The notes under the pieces are model-generated. The model was not told the DNA's origin, made no database searches, and worked only from the letters and a program-made list of their open reading frames with translations. Made by a program: the position numbers and the translations under genes. Below are positions 13,417 through 24,769 of a stretch of DNA of 64,000 nucleotides, in pieces. Within the stretch, counting starts at the first letter, position 1, and each line of letters begins with the position of its first letter. Source of the stretch: Rhodosorus marinus CCMP1338 (lineage: Eukaryota; Plantae; Rhodophyta). The stretch covers positions 2,046,001 through 2,110,000 of the forward strand of contig JAMWBK010000001.1 in the NCBI GenBank assembly GCA_029953675.1, read 5' to 3'.

Positions 13417-14644
13417 GTTTATTTTGAACTCTATCAACATAGTTTGGACAAACGCTCAGCCTATTTTCTACGCCTGGAGAAGACTCTTCTAGAGAGTCTC
13501 TCCTCAGTTTCCAGTTTTCTCTGTTTTCTCCTCTCCTCTGTGGTTCTTGTTCGTATGTATTCGGTCACCTCTTTCCTTGCGATGGGTAGGGAACGCGATT
13601 TCATCCACGGTTGCCTTAAATTCTGAGAAGCAGGTACCACCCATCTTGGGGATAGCTTCTTTTTCGACAGCGCAGATAGTCTATGCTCTCTACCGTTGAA
13701 CATCGGGCCACCATCTGCGGGAAGACATAAACACTGTCCAACCCCGGGTCTTAGGAAAGGCGCCAACGGAGCATGTTGGCACTGACAAGGCCCCACAAGA
13801 TTTCCCGCAGCGTGTCCCGGACGAAAAGAAAGATGAGGCTTGACGAAAACCCTCTCCGTCATCACAGGATCCCGAACTCCAGATTTGGGATACATGTGCT
13901 CGTTCAACATCGACAGCGGGTCTTTCGTCATCGTCTGGAGCCGCCAGCTCGTTAGGCCCCAAAATCTCATACACGCCATCTCGAATTCTTAACCCTTTTT
14001 CATCCACTTCTCTTTTCAAAAGTTAAGGCAGTCTTTTCGTAAAGACTATACCCCAACTTTTCCAAACCAGATCCTACTCCATCCACCCCTCCTCGGTGCT
14101 CGGCCTTCGATCACAACTGGGCTATGAACCCCCCCCCCCATCCCAAACCGGCAAAAACAAGACATCCTTGAAACGATTTTACTCTACAAAGTCAGAGTCC
14201 CAATCTCAAAAATTTCAATTATACAAAAAATATGTTAGTGTCAAAATAAATATTGGAGTAAATTCGGTCCAAAACAACCCAAATGTTAGTGTTGTCATCG
14301 GACCGTCCGATAAATTTTCGAAGTGGATAGACTATTGAAAAAGCATTAAAAAACAGGATGTCACGGATGGGGTCGTACTGGTCAGTCTTTCGGTCCTAGA
14401 AAACTTTTCGCAAAAACAGGCCCGAGTACAGGTCCTATAAATGGGTCCGATATTCAATCAATGTTAGTCTAATAATCAATCATCTCCGGTCCAGGCATTG
14501 AATCATGATTACTTCTTGGTGCAACAAGCTCTCGCTCGCATATCATGAATCATGATTGCTTCTCGGCATGACAAGCTGCCATTATCATACAATGAATCAT
14601 GATTACTTCTGAACTCGACAGGCTGTCATAGCTTTGGTTGTGCA

Positions 14645-14896
14645 TGTTACATCCTGACCGAACAAGTCACCCGTCAGGAGTGTAGCCCAAGACAAGGCTA
14701 ATAATAGACAAGTCTAGATCTAATAATAGTACTCTAGCGAACCCAGGACATGAACCGGAAGCCTATAAATACGGAAGTTACGACCTTCCGTCTTAGGATT
14801 AGAGCTAGAGGAGGGGATCCAAGATAGATAAAAGACAAAAAAAGGGAATTTAAAATTGTTTTGGACCACCGATACGCGTTAATGGAGAACGTGTCA
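14645..14896 (+). repeat. 5' LTR
   Basis: TGTTAC...GTGTCA, 252 bp, internal TATAAATA; roughly 94% identical to 17282-17537 by manual count. Confidence 0.95.
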
Positions 14897-14940
14897 AGTG
14901 GTCTCATCGCATGAGTTGCGATTGAGGAACATGAATGAGC

Positions 14941-15020
14941 CCAGAACCTGAAAAACCTGAAGAACCTGAAAAACCTGAAAGCCTGAGAACCTGACAACGA
15001 GAAAAACCTGACAACCAGAA
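14941..15020 (+). repeat. ~9-bp tandem array (AACCTGA-containing) in the retroelement 5' leader
   Basis: agaacctga aaaacctga agaacctga aaaacctga aagcctga gaacctga... Confidence 0.8.
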
Positions 15021-15021
15021 G

Positions 15022-15798
15022 ATGGCATCACTAATCAAGATTCAGGCTCCGCAGCCGAAAGCCTACGACGGGCGACGTGACGCCTTAATCATAAGTACGT
15101 TCTTGAATCACTTAAGAACCTACTTCAAACTGGCGCGACTGCCCGACGACGATGACGAATACAAAATCACCTTTGCAGAAGGACATTTGACTGGTGACGC
15201 CTCCTATTGGTGGTCGCTAATTCCCGGCAACTAGAAACCGTCGACATATGAAGGATTCGAGCATACGCTTAAAGCCCAGTTCTACCCAGCGGACGCTAAG
15301 ATCCGCGCGAAACAGCAACTCGCACAGGCGCAGCAGAAAAGGACTGTTGCAGCATATTCGGCATACTTCAATAAATGCCTGATCCAGGTTGGGGCAATCT
15401 CGGACTCGGAGAAATTTGACAGATTCGTCGAGGGCCTAAAACCGGACATCAAAAAATATATATATATCCAAGACGTGCAGACTTTCGAAGCGGCGCAGGC
15501 ACTAGCCCTGAAAATTGAGGGAGCTGAGGAAGCCAGTCAACCCTCTAGAAGGGAAGAGAAGAAATTTCCCCCAAAAATGGCAACTCCTCAGACCACTGTA
15601 AGCAGGGGAACCAGGTCTGGACGCAGTTACCAACACGGAACGCAAGCGCTGCAGAAGCGTAACTACGCCGATGTTGTTTGCAATTATTGCGGAAAAAAGG
15701 GGCATACCCAACGGATTTGTTGGAACAACCCTGACAGAGACCCGACAGTGTCAAAGTCTTTACCCCCTAAACTACAGGAGTTAAACGAGGAGCAGTAG
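15022..15798 (+). pseudogene. gag: Retrotransposon gag with one in-frame TAG (15232-15234)
   Basis: The retrotransposon gag motif (LTGDASYWW...FEHTLKAQF) continues in frame across the TAG to the zinc knuckle CNYCGKKGHTQRIC. Confidence 0.9.
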
Positions 15799-15990
15799 GA
15801 GACGCCGACACTGTTGCTGACAAACGCGTTCGGGTTCCCTTCAGTGCAAACTTCACGCTCGCAGGGTTCTTGAATGGGAAGAAGCAGGCCCTCCTGATCG
15901 ATACCGGAAGTAGCTATTCCGTCCCACGGGGCATCCCAGACGCCACTCCAATAATCCCAACTCAACATGGGCGATTGGACACCGCTGCCC
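15770..15990 (+). pseudogene. Truncated pol: aspartic protease N-terminal part
   Basis: The -1 frame relative to gag reads ...FTLAGFLNGKKQALLIDTGSSYS, then breaks at the inversion junction. Confidence 0.8.
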
Positions 15991-15998
15991 AAGGAGCA

Positions 15999-16370
15999 TC
16001 AATTTTCAGGGCTAGTGCCTGCGCCGCTTCGAAAGTCTGCACGTCTTGGATATATATATATATTTTTTGATGTCCGGTTTTAGGCCCTCGACGAATCTGT
16101 CAAATTTCTCCGAGTCCGAGATTGCCCCAACCTGGATCAGGCATTTATTGAAGTATGCCGAATATGCTGCAACAGTCCTTTTCTGCTGCTGCCTGTGCGA
16201 GTTGCTGTTTCGCGCGGATCTTAGCGTCCGCTGGGTAGAACTGGGCTTTAAGCGTATGCTCGAATCCTTCATATGTCGACGGTTTCTGGTTGCCGGGAAT
16301 TAGCGACCACCAATAGGAGGCGTCACCAGTCAAATATCCTTCTGCTAAGGTGGTTTTGTATTCGTCATCA
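15999..16370 (-). repeat. Inverted duplicate of gag (copy of ~15150-15518)
   Basis: The reverse complement matches the forward gag with about six differences, including CAG where the forward copy has TAG. Confidence 0.95.
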
Positions 16371-17257
16371 TTTCTGACCGAGACCCAAAATCTACGGGAT
16401 TTTTCTGGAGGGAATTGTTGAAGATGCTGCAAGTAAGGCAAAACCTGAGTACAGCATATCATCCACGGACAGACGGACAGACAGAGCGAATCAATCAGAC
16501 GCTGGAGACGTACCTGAGGTGTAATTCGTCTGCAACAAATTGGGCAGAAGACCTACCGATTGCAGAGCTGGTGTACAATGGTCAGATCTCGGAAGCGACG
16601 CAGTTTTCCCCTTTCGAGTTGACTTATGGAAAGAACCCGACACTACCTCGCGACCTCAAAGTACCAGATGACCGAGACCGTTCACTACCAATACCTGAAG
16701 CCTCCACGGTCCTGCTACAACGCCAAAAGGACCAACGAGACCTAGCCCGCGCCAACCTACGATATGCCCAAGAACGCCAACGCTTCTACTATGATCGAGG
16801 CAAAAGAGACCTCCACTTTGAAGCAGGCGAATATGTGCTCTACTCAACACGGAATCTTCAACTCCCAGATTCAAAAGTTTTTCGGCCCAGATGCGTCGGA
16901 CCGTTTAAAATTCTACGAAAAATTGGTAACGTAGCATATACGCTGGAGCTCCGGGGAGATTCTCAACTACATGATGTTTTTCATGTCTCGCTATTACGGG
17001 AGTTCAATGGACCGGAACCTGAAGGCTCGCATATAGTTCCTGCATTACAACCAGACATACCACAGCGCGAGTTGAAGTCAGTTTTGGGACATCGTCGAGA
17101 CGAAAAGAACCTGAATGAATACTTCGTCTACTTTGAAGGCGAGACAACGGACGATTTGAGATGGTTACCCTACCATCAACTACCGCAGAACCAGAATAGC
17201 AAGAAACAAATCCGGTATTATACAAACCTCCACAAGGCAGCTTCTTCCACCGGATAG
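16368..17257 (+). pseudogene. Integrase C-terminal half with GPY/F region and chromodomain
   Basis: IISDRDPK..FW, STAYHPRTDGQTERINQTLE, RPRCVGPFKIL..IGNVAYTLEL, HDVFHVSLL; chromodomain-like ELKSVLGHR...EYFVYFEG....DLRWLP. Confidence 0.9.
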
Positions 17258-17281
17258 TTTTTTCTTTCAGTGGGGAGGAGT

Positions 17282-17537
17282 TGTTACGGCCTGACCGAAC
17301 AAGTCAGCCGTCAGGAGTGTAGCCCAAAACAAGGCTAATAATAGATAAGTCTAGATCTAATGATAGTATTCTAGCAAACCCAGGACATGAACCGGAAGCC
17401 TATAAATACGGAAGTTAACCCCTTCCCTCTTAGGATTAGAGCTAGAGGAGGGGATCCAAGATACATAAAAGATAAAAACAAAAAAGGAATTTAAAATTGT
17501 TTTGGATCACCAATACGCGTTAATGGAGAACGTGTCA
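17282..17537 (+). repeat. 3' LTR
   Basis: TGTTAC...GTGTCA, 256 bp, preceded by the PPT and followed by the TSD. Confidence 0.95.
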
Positions 17538-18430
17538 GTGCATGAAAAAAACCACCCTTTGTGATCCCTACGAAAAGGTAATCATAAGACCCAGAATTAA
17601 TGAAAATCAATCCTTAGTCGAGTCGCTCAAACGCCCATGCACCGAAAAAGATGAGAAAATCAATGAAAAAAATTCGGACGAAATCGGGTCGTTATCGGAT
17701 CATTTACCGGACAAAGTTTATTTTTGCTTTTTTATTCAGGGTTGTTAAAACTCATATCGGACGAGGTCCATACAGAAAATTTGTTTTATTATTGCTAAAC
17801 ACAGGTCTGATACACGTCTATCGGACCGTCCAATATTTATCGGACGCAATAGGACCTTTTTTTTTTATCGGACGGAGATGACAACCCTACAAAATGGGAC
17901 TTGTGCGACTTAACTCGTTATTATTGGAGCAAAGATCGGCTTAAAGTATTGAATAGAGTTTGGAACTGAATTTAGACTAAGGAGTCACTTTATTATTGCA
18001 TGTTCATATGAATTTTCTGTTTTTAATTTGTTTTAGTGAAAACTTCGTTGTTTTGGACAAATTGGTCTTATTTTGGGAAATTGTGGGGTCTTATCTTGAT
18101 CGTAGTTGAGCATTTTAAAGTGGGGTAGGGCTGGTTTTCAAGTGAATGGGGGCATTGCTCGGAAGCTCTCATGAGTGCATTTTGATCCTGGAGATGGTGA
18201 AGATCAGCATCTTCAAAGTCTCTATTCGTCCTTATTCACTTTCTTTTCTCAGACGCAAACGGCGTCGAAGTTGAACGGCCTGATGGTTAGGGTCAAAGGC
18301 CGCGTCAAAGCAGGTTTTGCCCTGTTGAGCTATTCGAGTTCGTTGAGAGTTCAGACGCGGTTTGACTTCGCGACTGTCCTCGCTATGGTGATGAGAATCT
18401 CTCTCATAGACTCTCTCCGTTGATTTTTAT

Positions 18431-18710
18431 GCTCTGGCGTTCCAACGCTAGCTGAGTGTTACTCTCCCGTTCTCCCTGTTTGGGAGTTTTCTTACTCCTA
18501 GGACGATGTTCTTTTGAATACACGATGATCGCTTGATGAGCATTCCAGACTTATCTATTGGCCAGAACGTGCTCTGCGTTCCAACGATAGCTGAGTGTTA
18601 TTCTCCCGTTCTCCCTGTTTGGGAGTTTTCTTACTGCTAGAGCGATGTTCTTTAGAATACACGATGATCGCTTGATAAGCATTCCAGACTTATCTATTAG
18701 CCAGAACGTG
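18431..18710. repeat. Tandem duplication, ~140-bp unit x2
   Basis: gctct(g)gcgttccaacg..agctgagtgtta..ccagaacgt is repeated at 18431 and 18571 with scattered substitutions. Confidence 0.9.
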
Positions 18711-19667
18711 CTCGCTGAAGATGCCTTATGCAAAGATCGACTCGACATACCTATCGTTGGCCAAATACGCTGCCTTGGTCAGGCTCTCCCTTGGTCAGGC
18801 TCCTCATAGAGCTCAGTGGCAAATGGATTTTTAATCTCGAACGCAACAGTGAGCTGAGCCGGGAGAAACTGCTTCTCAGCAGTGGGGGCGTTGAATTCCA
18901 TTTTGGAAAGCAGCATGTTTCGAATAAGACTACTGAAAGTCAGATAGATAGTGGATACTCTACCAGCGACGGTTCCCTTCGTGAACCTATTCCATCAAAA
19001 ACAAAACCAAATTTTTTCCCACCACTCGTTGGGCGTCGGTGCTGAGCGCTCCTTCACGCACAATCGTAGATATGGGAATTCGAAGGACCTGTACTCCTCC
19101 ATCCTCTGTGGGTAAACGAAACCTCCCTTGCCACAAAATACGATGTCTTCCGATTTCATCTATGACGACCATACGACTACGACGGTGAAATTTCCGTTGA
19201 AAACCCAGCCAATTACGACAAATTACATCTAATAACTACAATATTTCAACAATATCCATTTTATATTGTGTACAATATGAATACAGAATCGCAGTAAGAG
19301 TTATTATTGGATAACATTGTTTTGTATTTAAAATAATATAGATGAAGATAATTCATGTCCGCCGGATTGATGCGGAAGGCGCGGTCCGCCGCGCCCTGGG
19401 GAGTTGACGGGGAAAGGCTCAAGAAGGGTGAGGAACAGAATGACTCGTTGGGGGGTTAATTGAGAGTTATCCTGGAAATCTAAAGCACTGAAAGCAAATT
19501 GTTAAAGAAGCTAGACAGCTGTCTCGTTCTGCAGACTCCCGAGGAGGGTTTAATCAGTTGGTCTCATTGCTTTTTGTTTCCCATGGAAGTCGTGAAGGAG
19601 TATTGGGAGTTTTGATGATGGTCGTGAGGATAGTGGACGCTTTTCAGCCGAACTTTGTTTGAATAAA

Positions 19668-22600
19668 ATGTCCCGTGCAGAGAACGGTAATAACAATGAA
19701 CTGTCACAAGAAACATTGAAAGATGTTGAGGAGGGTATCCCATTTCATGTGGATGGAGATGGATAGGTCGCAGACAGGATCTGCAGAAGCTTCCGCTGAG
19801 GACAAGGAGGCAATCGAAAGCAAAGGACCCGTCCAGACAACGAACGCGTTCAGATAGTGAACATGTGAGGCTTTTCAAACCTTCTTCGAATCCATCTTAG
19901 CCTACCGATGCGACCTAAACGAATCAACTGCTTCAAAATAGGTTCTTGAGAGCAAATCATTCGAGGACTACTACAAAGCACAGGGAATATTGAGTTCGGA
20001 GGAGTTTCCATTGTTTCTAGAAACTTTAAGACGCCCGCTTCCGTCTGTTTTTCGCGTTGCTGAAGTTGGAAGGTCTGGCAGCATGAGTCCCAAACAACCA
20101 AGAGACCCAAGACTCCCTCCCCGGAGACTGGGGACAATCACGAGCACCTGTTGCTGCTACTAGGAAACTCTTCGCACTATCCTCGCGAGACCTCCTGCGT
20201 TCTTCGTTGGCTATGACACCATCGAGGATGGTGACAAAGAGAACGGAGTCTTTGGATTCTCTTCAACCGATGGAAGTCTGTTCTAAAAGTCCGTTTTACT
20301 CATCCGCAGGCTTCGTGATGTCGTGGTCGATACACTTGAACAGTTTCCTCGGCCTGTGGATGACAGTCCATCATTACATCGCGTCTCATGGTAGAAAAAA
20401 TACTCTCTAATCCAATCTCGAAGACTGCGATGACAAGCTTTGGCGCTGATCATTCCACTCCCCTTAGGTACGACAATGGACACGCTTATAAGACGACAGC
20501 GTCTCGGAAGGAGATCAGAAACGATGAAAACCTGTCCAAACTTCACCGATTTCTCGTGTCCAACCATCGCATTGGAGCGATAAGTCGACTCGAAGAGGTC
20601 AGCATGATCCCTGTGAGTTTGCTCGACGTCAAGCCCGGACACGCCGTACTAGACATGTGCGCCTCTCCTGGATCCAAAACCGCACAGATCATCGACCTCG
20701 TCAGTGAGAGCGACGGGTATTCAGAGTACGTTTTCCTCAGAAGCACAGAGAGCTCTCCAGGCGACGGGGTTTGGCAGTACATCTAACACCCCTTTTCTAG
20801 CAACTTAGGAGCCTTCTCATTGCAAACGATGCGGACTTGAAACGATGCTGGATGCTTATCCACCATCTGAAGAGATACGCATGTCCTGCTCTCCTCATCA
20901 CCAACCACAACGGCCAGAGCTTCCCGGACGTTGTCAAGTTTGACCGGTAACGACCTTCTCCAGAGAGACAGCCCGCCAGATACACATCCTCATCCTGCTT
21001 CAAACCCTCTGCCATCCAGGATCCTAGTCGATGTTCCTTGTACAGGCGATGGAACTCTTCGTAAAGCTCCGGATTTATGGCGAAGATGGAATCCTGAAGT
21101 CTCCTTCGCTTTCCATCGACTTCAAGTGGCCATTGCTTGGAGAGCTGTTGAGCTACTCAAGCCCGGAGGACGGCTCGTGTATTCAACATGTTCATTCAAC
21201 CCTTTGGAGGACGAAGCTGTGGTCTGTGAGATCCTACGTCGGTCAAAGGGCATGATAACGCTAGTAAGTTCCAGCCAGAGAAACGCCCAGATCGCACTGT
21301 CAATAGCTGACTAACTGGATTACTACGTTTAGGTCGACGTGTCCTCATCCATACCCGGTCTGAAGAGGAGACCTGGACTGGTCCGTTGGAAAGTAAAGGT
21401 AACAAACCTGCAACAACCGGATGATGTTCCCTTGTGAAAATCCAGCCTGAACGTATTTTCGTTTTGGCACTTTTGCTGTACTAACGCTGGGTTAGAACTG
21501 TTCACCAAACGGCACTTGGTTTGAAATCTTCGATGAAGTACCACCGAAACGTCAGCGGAGGATCACGAAGTCCATGTTTCCTCCTGCGGAAGGAGAGGAC
21601 TTCGACAGCCTGAGGAGATGCCTGAGGCTGTTTCCACAGGATCAAGATACAGGAGGTTTCTTCATCGCTGTCTTTGAGGCTCTCGGAGAAGTAGTAGGAG
21701 AGGAAGGAACATTACCAGAAGAGGCTGACGTGCTCCCGAACGCCGCTGTGGACGCGGAGATCCCTGATCCTACTCAAATGAAGAACAAAGCGGACGTTCT
21801 GTACGGAGGAGGGAAGCTGATCGCCAACGATCCACTGGTTTCGTTCAGAGAAAATGTCGATGAGCATGTGGTGAGACTGCTTTCTCCGGTGACTTCAATG
21901 TTGGATCGAATGTCCTCACGCTAAAGAAGCAGTCTCGTCAACAAAATTAGGTTCAAAGCATCGTCAAGATGTATTCGCTACCGATGGATTTCGTTCTGGA
22001 TGGATTACTTTACAGAGCATCCGAGATCGGACAACCGAGAAAGCTCTACCACGCCAACAAGGCCGTAGTCGATATGCTTCCGAAGGCTCTGAATGAACTA
22101 AATGCCGGCGACAAAAGTGCGCTGAGGTAAGGGCACTGATTAGGGGTCTCAGCCGATCAATCGCAGGGTTGAAAAGCTCTTACCTATGTTATGAAACGCT
22201 TTCAGGATCGTCTTCGCCGGAGTGAGGGTCATGGAGCATTCTATTCGCGAGGGAGCTCCCAGTGACTATCGACTTTGTACGGAGGGAATTCATCTGATCT
22301 ATTCCCTTCTTGGAAACCAGAAGGTATCTCTGGAATCTGAGGTTCGTTGCTTACCCACTCCGTTCGGATGAGTGAGGTCTTCCTTCTAATCTGGTTGAAA
22401 CATCTTCCTTAATCCAAGGATTATGTCCGGTTGCTGTCGCAGAGAACGCTTCTGTTGAATGAGTTTAGCGATCCGAAGTCGAATGATGAGGTGGGAGAAT
22501 GTCACCTAGGAACGGCCGCGTTTCATAAGAAGGGGGCCAGCAATAAGGAAGTGGTGGTCTCGCTGAAAGGCGCAGTGAAGCTGACTCCTTTGGTCCCCCG

Positions 22601-22703
22601 TGAGATGCTGGCAGCGATTCGTGAAGCGCTTGGAATTTCTGTTGAGGAGGAGGAACCAGAAGGCAGCCTGACAGCATTAGAGGATGATGGGACGACAACC
22701 TAG
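19668..22703 (+). CDS. NSUN2: tRNA (cytosine-5)-methyltransferase NSUN2/Trm4 family, multi-exon; start codon uncertain
   Basis: FEDYYKAQGI..EF..FLETLRRPLPSVFRV, GAISRLEEVSMIP, VLDMCASPGSKT (motif I), RILVDVPCTGDGTLRK (motif IV), LVYSTCSFNPLEDEAVV (motif VI), RLFPQDQDTGGFFIAVF. The first exon is inferred and would need a short 32-bp intron. Confidence 0.92.
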
Positions 22704-23599
22704 GCGCAAGTAAAAAGCGCAAGTGCTTCCCTGCCGTGCACATTCGCCTTGAAAAGTGCACAATCTGGGCGATAAGGATAACCCCGTAACGCACGTGGCT
22801 TTCTGGCTCTCCTATCAGACTGGGCTTGGCAGTTCTTGCGGGTTAAAGACTGCGGTAGAGTCCATGCGTTTTAGTTAGCTCTCGGGGTGCTGTGTATCCG
22901 ACAGAAGTTTCGCTGGTAGGCGCCCTGATTCTTTCTGATGGCGTGAATGTGTTCTCCGTCGTGTTGTTCTTGCACGAGCTCTGCAAAGGCCAATTTGAGC
23001 TTGTCGAAGTTTTCAAAGTGAGCCTGTTGGACAGCCTCCAAGAAGCTTTGGCTCTGCAACTATGGGAGCACGTCACCTAAGGGCTTTGCTACAGTTGAAC
23101 TTTCTGGCTGAGTGTTAGACGATGCTTGTCGTTGACTGAAGCTCTTTCCGCTATCTCGCGGTGTGAATAAAGCCTCTTGAGAATGAAATAAAAACTTATC
23201 GGTCGTCATCTGTTTTCAGAGCGATTTTGAATCAACCGCAAGCTGGCGCGGTGCCTAATACGTTCTTGAACCTGCTGTGGCGTGAGACGGTATTGAGTCC
23301 GTACAGACGAGAGACACAGTTGCTTCCATGTAGAGATCGTCTTTCAAAGATGGAGAAGTGCAGTCCTCCTTATCTTTGTTAGTCAGTCCAGTCTTGGCTA
23401 GAAAGAGGTACCGTACCATCCGCCCTTTTGACAGGGCGGGTGGTGAGCCACAGTGCACATATCAAATATTGAATCAGAACAAATCAGGGCGGAAAGAGAG
23501 TGCTAGAGGTCGTCTAGGGATGCGAAACCGAACGAGCGTCAACCGACCAGCGTTCAGTCCATCCCAGCCTTGGTAACGAAGGCTCGGGGGACTTTGCGT

Positions 23600-23849
23600 T
23601 CTCACAGGTTTCAGCCTTTCGCTCTGGAAACCTTTGTCCACGTGGATAAGTCGGGTTTAGAGTGGTTGCGGAAATGTTTTGCTGAGCATCCTTTATAATA
23701 CTTACGCCGTTTCAGCGTCGCCCTGTAGCGATATTCTAGCAGCATGCTTGACGAGGCGCGCCATCGGCGCTTGGGTTTGCATGTTTCTCTCCTGAGTTCT
23801 TATTTGCAGTCCACGTCTTGCGTAGCGCTTCAGGCTATGCTAGTAAAAA
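23600..23849 (+). mobile_element. 5'-truncated 3' fragment of the CRE-like RLE retrotransposon
   Basis: Closely similar to 48960-49220 (cacgtggataagtcgggtttagagtggttgcggaaatgttttgctgagcatcc...gcgtagcgcttcaggctatgctagtaaa). Confidence 0.9.
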
Positions 23850-24769
23850 CCAGAGTAACTGATAAACCAGACTCGGAGCTCTAAGGTGCCTCGATTTAGT
23901 CCCAAATATCCTCATCAGAACAGACCCCCCACTGAGAAACCCCAACTAGGATCCTCGCGACACATCAGAGCCTTGATTCTCTCCTCCTGGAAATCGCATC
24001 TTTACAGAAGGCCGACTCAGAATTCTCACAACCACTGTTCATAGCATTGCCGGCTAAGTATTCCGACACTTTTTCCTCGGAGTCAGTCGGCTGCTGGAAC
24101 TTGTCAGCAGGCGGCTCAAACTTGTAAGCCATAGTTGCCACAGACCTATTCGTGGAATGGGAATCTTGAAAAGCGAAATAAATTTAGAACATTTTCGTGC
24201 TGCCGTTTCAGATGTTGATGGAGTAGACTTGAGGTACTAGCGGTTTTGAGTGAGAACTCAAGCTTGAGTAACGTCAGTGTGGAAATGAGGACGCTGTTGA
24301 AGGTCAGTTCGGGGATACGGCACACAAACCTTCCCCCTGGAATTATTACAAATACCTGGTTTGGTAGTGGTGCTGCAGTTCTGGCATTTTCATGGCCTAG
24401 CCTTTGAGGCAAAGCTAGGCAGGGCTGAGCAGGAGTTCGATCGAGCTAGCAGAGGCGCTTTCGTTTTAGGAAGGTTGAAAGACTCCAAAGATATCTACGA
24501 TGACTCATTTCAGATGTCCTCGCCTCGCTTCGTATCCGGAGCGCATTGCCTTACTGTTTGGATGCGACGTATTCAAACGGGTTAGACGCAAGGGCGTCTT
24601 TGTCTTGTGCAGATTGGCCGTAAGCATGCAATATTTACGTACTCGGCGTGCAGTTGCTCTCGATTTTTGCTCCTGGAACATCGGGACAGTCAGACCATGC
24701 TTGACCTCCGGACACGGGTGATTTTACTAACATAGCCTGATGCGCTAAACTAGGGGCTAGGAAGAAGAG

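Larger units (their letters stand above)
14645..17537 (+). mobile_element. Ty3/gypsy chromovirus LTR retrotransposon, internally deleted and rearranged
   Basis: Two ~250-bp LTRs (TG...CA), perfect 5-bp TSD GTGCA (14640-14644 and 17538-17542), PBS-like TGGTCTCATCGC after the 5' LTR, PPT GGGGAGGAG before the 3' LTR. Contains gag with CCHC knuckle, protease DTG, integrase core and chromodomain; RT and RNaseH are missing. Confidence 0.95.
14287..17889. mobile_element. Non-autonomous hAT-like DNA transposon (MITE, ~0.7 kb of own sequence) interrupted by an LTR retrotransposon
   Basis: TIRs TAGTGTTGTCATC..CGTCCGATAAA (14287) and TTTATCGGACGGAGATGACAACCCTA (ends 17889) begin TAG(G/T)G like Ac/Ds. 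The 8-bp flanks CCAAATGT and CAAAATGG match at 6/8 (degenerate TSD). TATCGGAC subterminal repeats cluster at 17690-17875. Confidence 0.75.

Noticed and set aside
13461-14019. Overlapping minus-strand ORFs convergent on purN, with a basic coiled-coil-like end
   Set aside because: No identifiable domain, and competing frames; left uncalled.
18987-19172. VVIDEIG Walker-B-like motif
   Set aside because: No Walker A or other NTPase context; an overlapping frame looks more gene-like.
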